A stretch of 64,000 nt of DNA from Camelus ferus (GCF_009834535.1 NC_045725.1:1302001-1366000), one strand, 5' to 3'; numbered from the stretch's first letter, positions 13,958 through 25,900 are shown. A program made the numbers and translations. The notes: generated by a model from the letters alone, not told the origin.

Positions 13958-14320
13958 AGCACTAGAGACACTGCAGGTTCACTTTCAGACCACCATAATA
14001 AAGCAAACACTGCAATCAAGTGAGTCACATGAATTTTTTGGTTTCTCAATGTACATAAAAGCTATGGTCACCCTGTGGTTACCCTATACTGTAGTCTATT
14101 ACACATGCAATAGAAATACATCTAAAAAACAATGTATATACCTTAATTAAAAATACTATATTCCTGGGGGGGGAGGGTACAGGTCAGCATAAGAGTGTGT
14201 GCTTAGCATGCATGAGGTCCTGGGTTCAATCCCCAGTACCTCCATTAAAAAATAATAATAATTTTAAAAAATACTTTATTGCTAAAAAACACTAACCATT
14301 ACCTGCCAATGCAGGGCAGC
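13958..14320. mobile_element. Tigger1-like DNA transposon fragment hosting a SINE
   Basis: CAGACCACCATAATAAAGC...GAGTCACATGAATTTTTTGG...TATACTGTAGTCTATTA resembles the Tigger1 end as I recall it. Confidence 0.65.
14166..14265 (+). mobile_element. Camelid tRNA-derived SINE (Vic-1-like)
   Basis: GGGGAGGGTACAGGTCAG...GGTCCTGGGTTCAATCCCCAGTACCTCC with an A-rich tail. Target duplication AAAAATACTATATTCCT/AAAAATACTTTATTGCT. Confidence 0.9.
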
Positions 14321-14661
14321 CATCAAGCTTCAATTTATAAAAACCAGAGCTTCTGGGAGACGCAACAAAACAAGCTGCGTCTATGTACCCACACATTCAC
14401 ACGTACTGTACACACACCACAGCGAAAGCTGAATGAACATCACCACGTTAGGGTTTGATGATACATGTGACATTCTGGGAAGCCTGACTGTAATTTTTCT
14501 TAAAGATAAAAATTCCATGTTACTAGTGCATCCAGTCCCACCCACAGACCCTGTGCCCCCCAGTCCTGAAGTGGAAGGCTGGCCAGGCCAGGTGTGGCCG
14601 ACTCTTGGAGCCTCAAGCCCATCAAGGCTCTAAAGGCCTGTGGCTGCTTCTGTATACGTAC

Positions 14662-14704
14662 CAAGTGAGAGCCCAGGGAAGGACCTTCATACCAGAACTT
14701 CTTC
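14662..14704 (-). CDS. RBFA: RBFA coding exon 2
   Basis: CCCTAG|GAAGAAG...CACTTG|GTACGT. 43 nt encoding (K)KKFWYEGPSLGSHL. Confidence 0.93.
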
Positions 14705-15229
14705 CTAGGGGGAGAAAGTGAGAGTGACGCTGAACAATGATGGCAGATCAAGTAAGAAAAAGTTACAAAAGCTAACTCGAGGTTGTCATAACATAACTGT
14801 TTCTAAGGAGCTCAACCTGGACATAGAAATGGTGTTACTGGGGGTCTAAAAGATTCAGATGTCCAGACAGCACAGGTTGTGGGAGAGAGACAGAAGAGAG
14901 TCTTAATTCAAGCTCGTAATTTTGACTAAGGTCTACTTCTACTCCCAAAGGGAGAGAAGGAGAATCTTAAAAATACAGCTACCAAACTGCCCTCTACTTG
15001 ATAAAGCCGTTTCCCGGGGTATAGGGACCGACACCACCACACGTCAACACTGGGATGGAACAACCACGCAACAGAGGGCAAGTGGGGAGCCAGGCTCCTC
15101 TCTGTGCAGACAAGCCAGGGCAGGAAGGGAGGATGGCCCGTGTGCCAGTGGGTAAGAGACGAAGCCTAGTGGCTTCACAGCTGCAGTGGTGACAGGTTGA
15201 GTGTGTACGGATAAGCACACACAGAAACC

Positions 15230-16240
15230 AGCGTCAACACGCTTCTGTGCCTGGTCAGCTGAAAGGGCCTCCGAAACAGACAGACACCAGCAGCAATGAC
15301 AGAAGCTCTCAGATTGTGGTTTCTAATGTCACTTTCCAATCAAAGGAACAAGAGCTCCTTGGAGAAATGGCTGATTCAAGGCTAAGGCATGCTGTAGTGC
15401 CAGAAAGCAAGGCAGTGCTGAAGAGCATTTCAATTTAAAAACCACTTCAAAACTCCATAGTGATGAGGTGTGTCAAAGGGACAGAGGAGCCACCTGAAAG
15501 TGCTCCCAGTGGCCAAAGCTGGAACAATCTGAGCAAAATTATAACCAGGAGTCCACACTGATAGGAATTAATTAATAAATGGAGAAAAGACACATCTCCC
15601 ATGCAGAATTCCAGGTAATTCATAAATATAACTCCCCACTCCCTAGGTGTGGGCTGCATATGGTGACTTCCCCTGCAAAGAAGACAGAATGGAATGGGGA
15701 AGGGGGACTTTACAGTGGATAAACCTGAGACACAGATGACCTCAGACAGTGATTAAGACTGACACCAAGACTGAAAAGCCATGTTGACAGCATGCCCCTT
15801 GGATATAAGACAAAAACGGCACTTCACAGGGGTGGACTTCCTCCCCAAAACCAAGACCGCAATATAATCACACAAATCCCAACACAGGGGCAACCTACAA
15901 AATAGCTAACCAGTACCCCTCAAGCTGTCACGGTCATCAAAAACAGGGACAATCTGAGAAACTGCCATAGTCAAGAGGAACCTAAAAAGATGACAACTAA
16001 ATGTAATGTGGTCCCCGGATGGGATCCTGGAACAGAAAAGGACATGAGGGCAAGACTAAGTAAACATAAATAAAGCACGGACTTTAATTAATAATAAGGT
16101 ATCAATATCCATTCAGCAATTGTAACAAACACGCCACACTAACCTAAGATGCTAACATCGGGGAAACTGAGTGTAGTTAATGGGAACTCGGTACTGTCTT
16201 GCTAATCTTTCGGTAAATCTAAAACTATTTTTAAAAGGTC
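15230..16240 (+). mobile_element. Old LINE-1 3' end (L1MC-like)
   Basis: Motifs such as GGATGGGATCCTGGAACAGAAAAGGACAT and GGTAAATCTAAAACTATTTT are typical of L1MC 3' UTRs. Boundaries are approximate. Confidence 0.65.
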
Positions 16241-16477
16241 TATTAAAAACATACCTACAATAGAACTAACAATGATATGGAAATCAACTTATTTCACTAT
16301 ACTTTTCTCTCATCATTAAAAAACCTATCCTGACATGCCTTCTTTACTCTTCAAGTTAACCCCAAATAGAAAACGTTAATATACAAAGAAACACTTTACA
16401 TATTTCCCTTCTTTCTCTCTTTACTTGATGAGAACTACTCTCCTTAGAAACCCTTCTAAGTAACAAGAATCAACATA

Positions 16478-16734
16478 CAGTCTCCCCTCCGTATCTGCAG
16501 GGAATTGGTTCCAATCCCACAGATACCAAGATGTGAGGACACCTGAGGCATACAGTGTTTGCATATGATCTACACACATCCTCTGGTACACTTTAAAATC
16601 TAAATGCTATATAAGTAGCTGCTAGCATAAATTCAGGTTTTGCTTTTTAGAACTTCCTGGAATGTTTTCCAAATAGTTTCAATCCAAGGTTGGCTGAATC
16701 TGAGGTTGTGGAACCTCGGACCCAGGGTGGACTA
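16478..16734. mobile_element. MER2-like (Tigger-derived) MITE
   Basis: TA|CAGTCTCCCCTCCGTATCTGCAGGGAATTGGTTCC...GGTTGGCTGAATCTGAGG...GGTGGACT matches MER2 termini as I recall them. Confidence 0.7.
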
Positions 16735-16949
16735 CAAATGTACACAGCACTTTGCTTCACACGTTCACGATATCCGTTTAGGACATGATGACAACTTTTA
16801 GGACACTTAACACTTAAAACTTTAACATCACAACTGGATGAAAAAACAGAAAAACGGCTGGGTGGGAAAAACGGCAAACGTTGACGTGACGGGTGGAATT
16901 ACAGGTGATCTTTCAACAACCATAATCTAACAGGCAAAGACTGCCCTTA

Positions 16950-17950
16950 CGGACTCGGCTGGAAGCTTGAGCTCCAGGGTAACGCCCAGGCGGAGTACCT
17001 GCCCCGCGCTGCCCCTCGTCCCGCACAGCCCTCGCCCCGGGGAGCATCCCCGCCCCGCGCAGCCCCTGCCTCGGGGCCCCCAGTCCAGTGGAGCTACCCG
17101 GTCCCAGGGAACCCCCCCCCGCCCCCGCAGCCCCCAACTCCGGGGCACCCCGTCCCGCGCAGCAACCTGTCCCACGGAGCCTCCACCCCGGCGCCCCCAA
17201 CCCCCACTCAGGGAGCATTACTTGGTCTTGGAAGCAAATTTCTTGAGCAGGTTCTTGCGGCAGGAGACCGGCGAGCTATGCAAGCCTCGGGCGCCGCCCA
17301 AAACGAGCCCCGCGTGGACCCTCAACAGTTCTTGGAGAACCGCCCACATGTCCGCCAGCGACCAGCGACCGGACATTACCGGGAGGCGTCCGCGGGGCGA
17401 CGTGACGTGGGGGCGGGCGACGTGGAGCGACGGGGGCGGGGCGATGTTAGCGTACCGACGTGGCGCGGGGGGGACATGCGGCGGGGCGACGTGGGCGGAG
17501 CAACGTTAGTGGGAGATCGAGGTGGGACGGTTGGGGGCGGGGCGACACGATGGGACTTGAGGCGACGTGCACTCGGGGAGACACAGGGGTCTACGGGACG
17601 GACGAGAGGACCAGTGCCTAGAGGACTGGTAGGCGAGACGTGAAGCGGCGGGGCGGAGCGATGTGCGGGAAAGGCCGGAGCGGGGCCGGGCGACACGCAA
17701 CACGTGGGGGGATAGGCGGGGCCGATGGCTCGGAATCGGACGCCTGTGGGCGGGGCCAGGCAAGTGAGACGAGCCTGGTGACGTACTGAGGGCGGGGCCT
17801 GATGGCGTCTGGGCGGGCGGGCCACGCCTCCGTCACTCTCCCAGAGCTAGCCGGGCTCAGCCAGGGGCTAGGGGGCGCAAGGTGTGTGGGACTCGGTGGT
17901 GAAGCGCACGCACCCCCTAGATGTGGCGATTGCAGAGCGAGGAACACAGT
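16950..17950 (-). promoter_or_regulatory. RBFA: RBFA CpG island / promoter
   Basis: Dense CpG and many GGGGCGGGGC boxes around RBFA exon 1. Confidence 0.85.
17222..17349 (-). CDS. RBFA: RBFA coding exon 1
   Basis: ATG at 17349 gives MWAVLQELLRVHAGLVLGGARGLHSSPVSCRKNLLKKFASKT(K), with donor ACCAA|GTAATG. The seven exons sum to 996 nt, or 331 aa plus stop. Confidence 0.92.
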
Positions 17951-18754
17951 TTACGCTAACGTACGAAGCTAGGAGAGAAGCGTGCGCTGCAGCTCCCTAA
18001 CTACAAAATATCAGATGAAGAAAGCAAGGGGTGAGAGGTCTAAACCGGGCAGTTTATGTGAAAGGTGGGTGTCCTGGAGCAGAGCCCCTGCTGCCTGCAC
18101 GACTGGGAGGGACTCGGGTTTTTCTGTCTGCACTGCCAGTTCGTTTGCTCACTTCCTCACCGGGCCACCTGGGGAAAGACAGCGGCTTCGAAACTACTCC
18201 AGAAAGGAGGCGTGCGCACCCCCGAACCCTCTTCTATCCCGCACTGGCGCACACAGCTCCTGGCCGTGTTCGGCCTTCTCCCCAGTAGGAAGTAAACCCC
18301 TTGAGGGTGGGGACTTTTTTCCTGTAGCAGCCCCAGCTCTTAGAACAGGGCTTGGCACATCGAAGGTGCACAAAAATCTTTTTTTTTTTTTTTTAATGAT
18401 AGAAACAAATAGTGATTAGGGTACTAGCGGACTATGTAATCCAGTAAAAGATCGGAATTTAACAGGATTTATAGCAACATAGCTCACTGGAAAATCCACA
18501 GGGTTTTAATACAGAATCAAGTATTTGCAGACTTTTGGGCTCTACAGAAGTAATTCTCTGTGCTCAGTTTCATCGTGAATAACAATAGAACTTCCTTCAT
18601 ACAGCTGCCTTGAGGATGAAAAGAAGGAAAGCATTTAGCAATCTCTCAACAAGTGGTAACAATTATTACTATTCCTCAAGTTTTTCATCGAAATAGTATT
18701 AATCCAATCTATATAAGGGACTCTAATATATATAAAGTACATGTTCTTTTCCCA

Positions 18755-18760
18755 TTTATT
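18755..18760 (-). terminator. Candidate polyadenylation signal of the 2-hydroxyacid dehydrogenase gene
   Basis: AATAAA on the minus strand, about 40 nt after the TGA at 18802-18804. Confidence 0.6.
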
Positions 18761-18801
18761 CTGCCATGTTTTCATCCCACTGACTTCTCAGCCCACAAAA
18801 A

Positions 18802-18958
18802 TCATTCAAGTAGCACTTCATTAGGAATAGGAAGGCCATTGAGAGAAGCCAGGATGCTTTCAACCAGACTCTCCATCATCTGTCGTCTGGCTTGATGAGT
18901 TGCACTTCCAATGTGAGGTGTCAGAGTGACGTTCTTCAACTTGAGCAAAGGGTGATCT
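18802..18958 (-). CDS. GRHPR-like D-2-hydroxyacid dehydrogenase, coding exon 5 (last)
   Basis: CGTTTCAG|AGATCAC... encodes (R)DHPLLKLKNVTLTPHIGSATHQARRQMMESLVESILASLNGLPIPNEVLLE*. Contains the catalytic His motif TPHIGSAT. 157 nt. Confidence 0.93.
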
Positions 18959-20436
18959 CTGAAACGCAGATTATTTGGGAAGACTATTCAGAATCGTTTG
19001 GCCTCTTTAATTTCATATTCTGGTTTCATACCCCTACCCTGAGATGGTGAAGGTCTTGTAGCGAAGTCTAGATTACACCTAGGTGTGACCACTGCTTATC
19101 TGACCCTGGTACAGGTGACCCAACATTTCTGGGTGTAAAACACATACCCTAACTGCACCCAGGCCATTAGTACACAGTGGCATAACATGCCTGCTGGACT
19201 AAACGACACTGACCCACAAGACAAAAGGGCCTCGGGGAGACAGGCCCCATGGGACAAGCTGAATATGCCTTTAATGGGAGTGGCCTTCAGAGGGAAAAGA
19301 CTGATTAATTAGAGTTGGCAGATTAGAGGGAGATCCCGTCCAGGAAGAAGGCCAAGGATGGGAGTCAGCCTGGAAAGATAATGAAGTTTCAGTGAAGTGG
19401 CAGACTCAGAATGACGGATGATACTGAAACCCAGGGTTGGGGAAGTGCTGTCACCTGGCCCAAGAGGGCTCTTTAGCATTTTAATACAGACAGAAGCCAA
19501 AGTAGCCATGCAGCAGCCATCCTCCAACCTAGCTACTGAGGCTCAAGGGACACACCTTTGGGAATCTTGTGGACAACCCCCAAGCCTATGGAAGCTCTCT
19601 GGAGGCACCTGTAATTCCTATCAATGCACTACACCTGCCCTCACCTCCAGGAATGACTGAAATAAGACACATCCTGGGGCACAATTAGGGATAGGAACTG
19701 TTCTGAACAACACTTGTCCTCCCCACATGAAGGAGGTGGGACCCACTTTATAACAGCATGTGATGGAAACCAGTCTCAGTACAAGTGTGTGAACTGAGAC
19801 AGGGTGACTGGCTTTGTCCTGACTCGGAACCCAAAAGGAGCTGAATCATGGCCAGTTGTACCAACACCTGGCCGTAATGTCATCTGGTACACAGGCTAGA
19901 TACAGTTCTGTTGAGAAGGCATAGCAAATACTTCTGTAACTGCTACTGATTTGTCATGTGATGAAACCGAATTGTGCCATGACCTTGCTGCAATACGGTG
20001 CAATGCTGGAATTGTTCGTAAGACGCCTCCTGTAAGTACAGCATATGATAATACTGATGTTGAAGATCAGTGGTGCTGAGAGACTGAGTTAAAGCCTCCT
20101 TGGGATGTTAAACCAATGGGAAATGACTGGCCTGAGGGAAAACTGGATTTAGCTAAATAGCGAATTTATATACTAAATAGTGCTACACAAGTTCATCATA
20201 AGGTACAAATAGTAGTATATCAAGGGGTGTGGGGAACAATCAAACTAGCGCAAAAACACAATGGTTTAGTTGTTTCTTTAAATCTATCCCTGCTCCACAT
20301 TGGCTGCTCTGAATGTCAGGCATACTGATATTATTGCTGCATCTGTCACAAAAATACTGTAGTAAATGTAGGTGTTCCAAGAAATATGATCATTTTGCCA
20401 TAAGACAGCCTAGGCCCAGGGCCAGGGGGTGGCCTG

Positions 20437-21037
20437 TGTAGTAAATAATTAATTTACAGGCAGGCTTAGAGCTCTAGAACCCTGCACATTCCAAGATAAG
20501 GCTGGCCTTTGGTCTCTGGGAGATAACCTGGGAGCCCTGGAGACATACTGCCTGATAAGAGTGTCTTCTTATACCTGGGGCCTTGGGCAGAGCTGGGTAG
20601 TTTACACTACAGTGTAATTTGTGGTGAATGCCTGTTTTGGTTTGCCTAGGCTCTAGTCCACCTGTAGCCAGTTTGACCTCTGCAGCAGCTAGAGACTAAG
20701 AAGCCAGTGTCAGAAATGTGGGCACTCCATGCCTGCATACCTGACCCTTGCTCCCAAGGCTCGGGTGAGTGTCCCTGGTTGGAGATACTTCACATGTGTT
20801 GTCACTCATCATTGCTGGAGGCAGTAAGTGCTGCCCACGCAGCTCCACTGGGAGGACACCTGGAAGTTCAGGCCTGGTTCTCCTGGACACCACCCTATCA
20901 GTTTTCTGCTTTTGCTGATTTTAAACTATGTCTTTTCACGTAATAAGCTAATTGTGAGTATGAAAACTTTTCTGAGTTCTGCACACCTTTCTAGCAAACC
21001 ATTATGCCTGAAGGTGATCTTGGGGACTCCTGGCACT
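20437..21037 (+). mobile_element. ERV LTR (MER21-like)
   Basis: Starts TGTAG. The 3' part TGTGAGTATGAAAACTTTTCTGAGTTCTG...GAAGGTGATCTTGGGGACTCCTGGCAC resembles MER21 ends. Confidence 0.65.
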
Positions 21038-21732
21038 ATTGGCAAATAAACTTTTTCTTTTGAAAATAATCTGTAGTGAATCCTTTTGTAAAGCAAAGAA
21101 TATTTATGTAGTGTGACTAATATAACCCTAGATTTCCTACTTTTTAAATAATTTTTTTCATAGTAAGCAGAATCAGAATGTCTCCCTGAAAAACCAAGAT
21201 GAAACCTGAAACATATCTGATAAGTACAGAGATTAGAAATTAATATAGATATCTAAAGATTGTTATTCTTGAGAAAATTGCTAAAGCTCTTGGCCACAGA
21301 AATGATTTCATGTGGGACATGGGGAGTGCATCACCTGTTAGGATAAACTAGACTTCGGGATGTGACCCTGGTATTTGCCCTGTGACATGTGAGTAAAAGG
21401 CAACAGGGGTGATCACATGACTTCTAGGTGTCTGAGTAAGTTGATGGCTGTCAGAAATGGTCATGCTTCTTAATTTATATCGTGATTATTTTTTCATCGT
21501 AGATTAGTGGCTCTCGTATATCTATCAACACTTTTTGTATTAGAAAACTGGAATTTGACACAACATTGTAAAATGATTATAAATCAATAAGAAATGCTAA
21601 AAAAAATTAATACAGCACAGGAGCACATTCCCTTAGCTGTCAGGGTGTCCAGAAGACTCCAGTGTGCACTTGTGACAAAACTTGAGTGGAAATAAGTGAC
21701 ATCTTACAGTATCATGAAAATAGTTTTGACTT

Positions 21733-21816
21733 GTAAGTTCCTCTCTACCTGCTAGAGTACTGCCTGATTCATGAATTATTAAATAAAGCCAATTAGATCT
21801 TTAAAATGAAAAGAAA
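21733..21816 (+). mobile_element. 84-nt retroposed insert with AATAAA, A-rich tail and 17-bp target-site duplication
   Basis: GAAAATAGTTTTGACTT occurs at 21716-21732 and 21817-21833. AATAAA at 21782-21787. Confidence 0.8.
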
Positions 21817-22743
21817 GAAAATAGTTTTGACTTCACAGACCCCCTGAAAGGGTCTCCAGACCACATTATGAGAAACTCTGTTCTGAATAAATTGCTGTTT
21901 TTCTCAGAAATGTCTGTAAGTTCTATGGTCAATCTTGATACACTTAGATAGTAAATTTGGCTATAATGTCAAGCATTCTGCTGACAGTAATTTGCTCAGT
22001 GGATAGAAATCAAAGTTGGGGGAATCAAAGGTCAGAACAGCTGGTGTAATGAGTGGCCGGATCCAGATGTCCCAACAGGCTGGATCACTGGGTCAAAACA
22101 CACAAGCAAATGAAATTAAATACAAGTAAATGTAAAATTCTACACATGCACTTAAAAACAATTGAGGGACTAACAATTCCAGTTTTAGCTGACTAAAAAC
22201 TCAATGAGCTACGGTGCAATGACCCTCTAGATACAGGCTGTGGCCACAGCTCTGTCCCCCTCTCCCCAGGGCTCCAGCCACAGCACGGGTCCTGGATGCC
22301 AGTCTCACGGGCACACTTTCAAAGGACCTGAAAATCTAAGTGCTGAAACACAGTAATAATGATGAGGTGTCTGTAAATGATATCAGTCAGGCTACAAGTA
22401 AAGGATGTGAAGATATTTAGCCTCAAAAAAAAAAAAAGACCAAGATAAAATGTAGTGATTAAAATAATGCAGGTCTGTAGAAGAATGATCAAAGTCGGCC
22501 TTCGATGCTCCATAGAGCAGACTGGGGCCAGTGGGTAACCGGAGGACGTGAAAAAGACGGTTCTGTGCAGCCTCCATCCTTGCGATCTGGGCCCCAGGGC
22601 CCCAAGCACCCTGTCCATGGAGGTGTTGAGGCAGACGCCTGACACCTGCAGAACTGGACAACACCAGACCCTGCACGATCACAACATGTGACTCTGAGAC
22701 CTGCCCCCTGGAGCCGGAGAACTGCAACTGTCGGCTTCCTTAC

Positions 22744-22840
22744 CTGGGTAGGGGTTCGGGGGACGTCACATCCAGCGCTGCCGCTTTAATGACCCCGGTC
22801 TGAAGGGCTTCCACCAGGGCGTCCTGATCCACTAACGGAC
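22744..22840 (-). CDS. GRHPR-like dehydrogenase, coding exon 4
   Basis: ATCCATCCAG|GTCCG...CCCAG|GTAAGG. 97 nt encoding (G)[31 protein letters not shown](R), with the ALDV-x-x-x-EP motif. Confidence 0.93.
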
Positions 22841-24018
22841 CTGGATGGATGAGACACCTCCTCTGTAGGAACCACGGGAAGGATGCTCTGGTCGCATGAG
22901 CTACTGTTCAGACACATCCTGATCTCATCAGAAGTCTGACAGAGCACGTGAACTTTGTCCTGTCAAGCGCCTGCCACATGCCCAGAGAGGCTCAGCCCTT
23001 CATAGACACTGTCTTGCTGAATCGTCCACTTACCCAGGAAAAGGAAACACTCATTTTACAGATAAGAAAACTGAGGCTCACAGGTTACAAGCTCCCCAAA
23101 GTCACACTTTCCTACCACATTCCCCCGGATCCGAGCCCAGGTCTGTCTGACACCAGCCTGGGCCTTCTCACTGCACTGCACCACCTCCCAAACCACCAAA
23201 GGGTCCCAGCTAAGGAATGTGTAGTTTTAAATACACATTAAAAACTGGAACAGTCACAAACACGATCCACAACTGCATTTCAAATACAAGACATCAGGGT
23301 GAGCAGCAGCAGCTGAGAAGGAGACACTCTCCTTCCAGCAGAGACCTACGAGGAGCCTACTTCCAGCTGACAGGCTGTGAGCGGCCGCCCACCTGGCAGG
23401 ACAGGGAGCACCCACGGCAAGCATTCCTCTCCTTGTTTTACAGATGAGAGACACAGGTGGATGTTGTCACCTATTGTTGGTCATGCCAGGTGCTCCAGCC
23501 CGAGACCCCCAAAGGCAAACCGCCTGCATGTCTGATGTCAGCACAAACCCTCCCATGTGTGTCGAGGGCTCTGCCTGTCTTCTTATAGATGCCACAGCAA
23601 CCCACCAACGCTGGTTATAGCACAGGGCCTACTGCCTCCTGCACACATGCACAAAGCTCTACACCAGTGTCAAATGACCAAATAATAAAGTGAAGGCTCA
23701 GAAAATTCATCCCCATAAATTCTGCTTAATTACCTGGGAGATCAAACTGTGATGCCCCCCACAAGAAGACATCCAAACTTGGATGTGAGACCTGCCACAG
23801 TGGAATGTTACCCTCTGTTGCTAACTTGAGGTTCAAAAGGATGTGGAGATAAAAATCAGAAATATCCCTAAATAGAAAGTAAAATCCCTTTAACTCAACA
23901 CCCCCCAGTCTACGTGGACCCTTCAGGCCATGCAGGGGAACGGCTGACTGGAAATGATGAGGGGTATTGGGGGGGGGTTCTCCTGCAGGGTCCTCAGCAC
24001 ACAGCAGGGGGCAGGTAC

Positions 24019-24197
24019 CTCTGCCGATGTTGATGAGAGTGGCGCTGGGCTTCATCAGACTCAGCTCCCGCCTCCCAACCAGCCCCTGGGTCTGGGGTGT
24101 CAGGCTCACAGCCAGCATCACAAAGTCTGACCACTGAAGCAGGTCATCCAGCCTCGCACAGTAAGTGGCCCCAACAGCTCCCTCCTCCTCCAATTTC
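24019..24197 (-). CDS. GRHPR-like dehydrogenase, coding exon 3
   Basis: TTCTCTTAATAG|GAAA...AGAG|GTACCT. 179 nt encoding (R)KLEEEGAVGATYCARLDDLLQWSDFVMLAVSLTPQTQGLVGRRELSLMKPSATLINIGR(G). Confidence 0.93.
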
Positions 24198-25547
24198 CTA
24201 TTAAGAGAATAAGGAAGAAAAACCACATTCTCCAGTTAGAAATTCATCAAGTTGCCCCAGGAGGAGTTTCTGAGGGCCCAGAGGACAGGGGTCACCCAAG
24301 ATACCCTGTGGACGCCTCTGGGTTCTCCAAGGTGAGACCTCAGCATCTGCGTGGCTTCACCCCAGTCTGAGAGCCCCCTGAGGTCATGAGCTTCCTGTCG
24401 CTCATCTGTGAACCCCCAGGGTCTGCTACAAGCCCACTTGTGTGTCAGACATGCTTTCAATGATGTCAAGTATTGCTGAATGTGGGCAAACACATCAAAG
24501 TTTCCAGAAAAAACAGAGAAACAGGAGAGGGCCTAGGAGTGCCGTCTGCTCAACAGAGAGGACGGATCCAAGGGTCCAGTGCTGGCAGGATTGTGTGCTT
24601 TATTCTGGGTCCAATCTTACCTCCTGCTCTGGCCACACCAGAAAGCTGATTATTTAACAGAAATTCCAAGCTCCAGGAGGTCACAGTATCCCTGGTAGCC
24701 ACTACTGCCCTCCAGATAAGGAATATAAAACTATATGAATTCTCTCCTAACATGTCTTGGCCAGGGGATGGCCTGGAGGAACAAGGAACGGCCATGTGCT
24801 GGCCGCTGTGAATGCCCCGCCCACATCACACACCTAGAGCCCTGGCCGCTGCGTCTGCCTTCCTCGCACTGAGAGCTGTGACAACTACCCGAGTCTCTCC
24901 ACTGTCCACTGAGCAAACACAGTGACTGTAAGGGAGACAGCCTCCCAGCTCACCACGCCTCCATGAATGGAAATCTACACTACGGCAACAGAAGCCACTG
25001 AAAGGCTGTGAACCATGCCATCCTCTGGCTGGTCTGCAGATGGGGCTGGAAGTCTGGGAGTGGGTGTGTGTTTCAAGTGAGGAAGGACGGGGCCTGAGGT
25101 GTGATGGGTGGCGACGGTGAAGTGAGAGAGAACAGGAGGTTTGAGAGTCGTTGTTTGGATGGAATCAACAGGACCAGGTGTTGGGCTGAGTGCTGCTGGC
25201 AGTGCCAGCGGAAGGGGGCCTCAGCCTGAGTACCATGGGGGGGGGGAGCGGACACCTCAGTGTGTTGTGTGTAGTAGAGTGTGGACAGCATCTCCCAAGA
25301 GCAAAAAATCACTTTACAAATAAAAAAGCACAATTGTAGGTGAGCCAAAAATCTCTTTTCTTTCTGGTGAAATTTTTTCAAGGTAATCATAAAAAACCAC
25401 AGTGCCTTGATCATCAGTCCTACTCTTTGGAGAGAAAGAACAGGGGAAGTGTATGAAAAGTGGAGGCATAATACCTCTAAGCCGTGTTTAAGGCAGGGAT
25501 GGTGTAAGTGCTGCTCGTTAATTTCAAGTCCATTTTCTGAATTTTAC

Positions 25548-25719
25548 CTCCGTTTCCTATTGTGGTACAAAATCTTCATTTCAAACGCTCTGGCCCTCTG
25601 GGCAATCTTATAGCCGATGCTGCCCATGCCGATAATTCCCAGAGTGGCCCCGGTCACTCCCTGACCCATCCAGTTTATAGAAAATTTCTCCGTATCTGGT
25701 GAAACAGCCAACTGATGAC
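25548..25719 (-). CDS. GRHPR-like dehydrogenase, coding exon 2
   Basis: TTTTTAATTTCAG|GTCAT...CGGAG|GTAAAA. 172 nt containing the Rossmann motif [11 protein letters not shown] and LYHNRKRR. Confidence 0.93.
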
Positions 25720-25900
25720 CTGAAATTAAAAAGGTGCAGATTGGGCAGTGGGCAGTGTGCACAGCACACACGGAAACCCCACAACCCGCCCTGTGACATC
25801 GGGGCAGTGATGTAACAAACCAGAGCCTCCTGGTGGAAGGCTTTAAAATAACAACTTCTTTCGCATTCAGGGAGGATTTTTGGTAAAAATTTGGTTTTGC

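Noticed and set aside
16913-17947. Many overlapping 100-180 aa Pro/Arg/Gly-rich ORFs at CpG islands (also 35003-35776, 49530-50253 and 58500-59754)
   Set aside because: This is the expected by-product of stop-codon-poor GC-rich DNA. There is no coding-like composition or recognisable domain.
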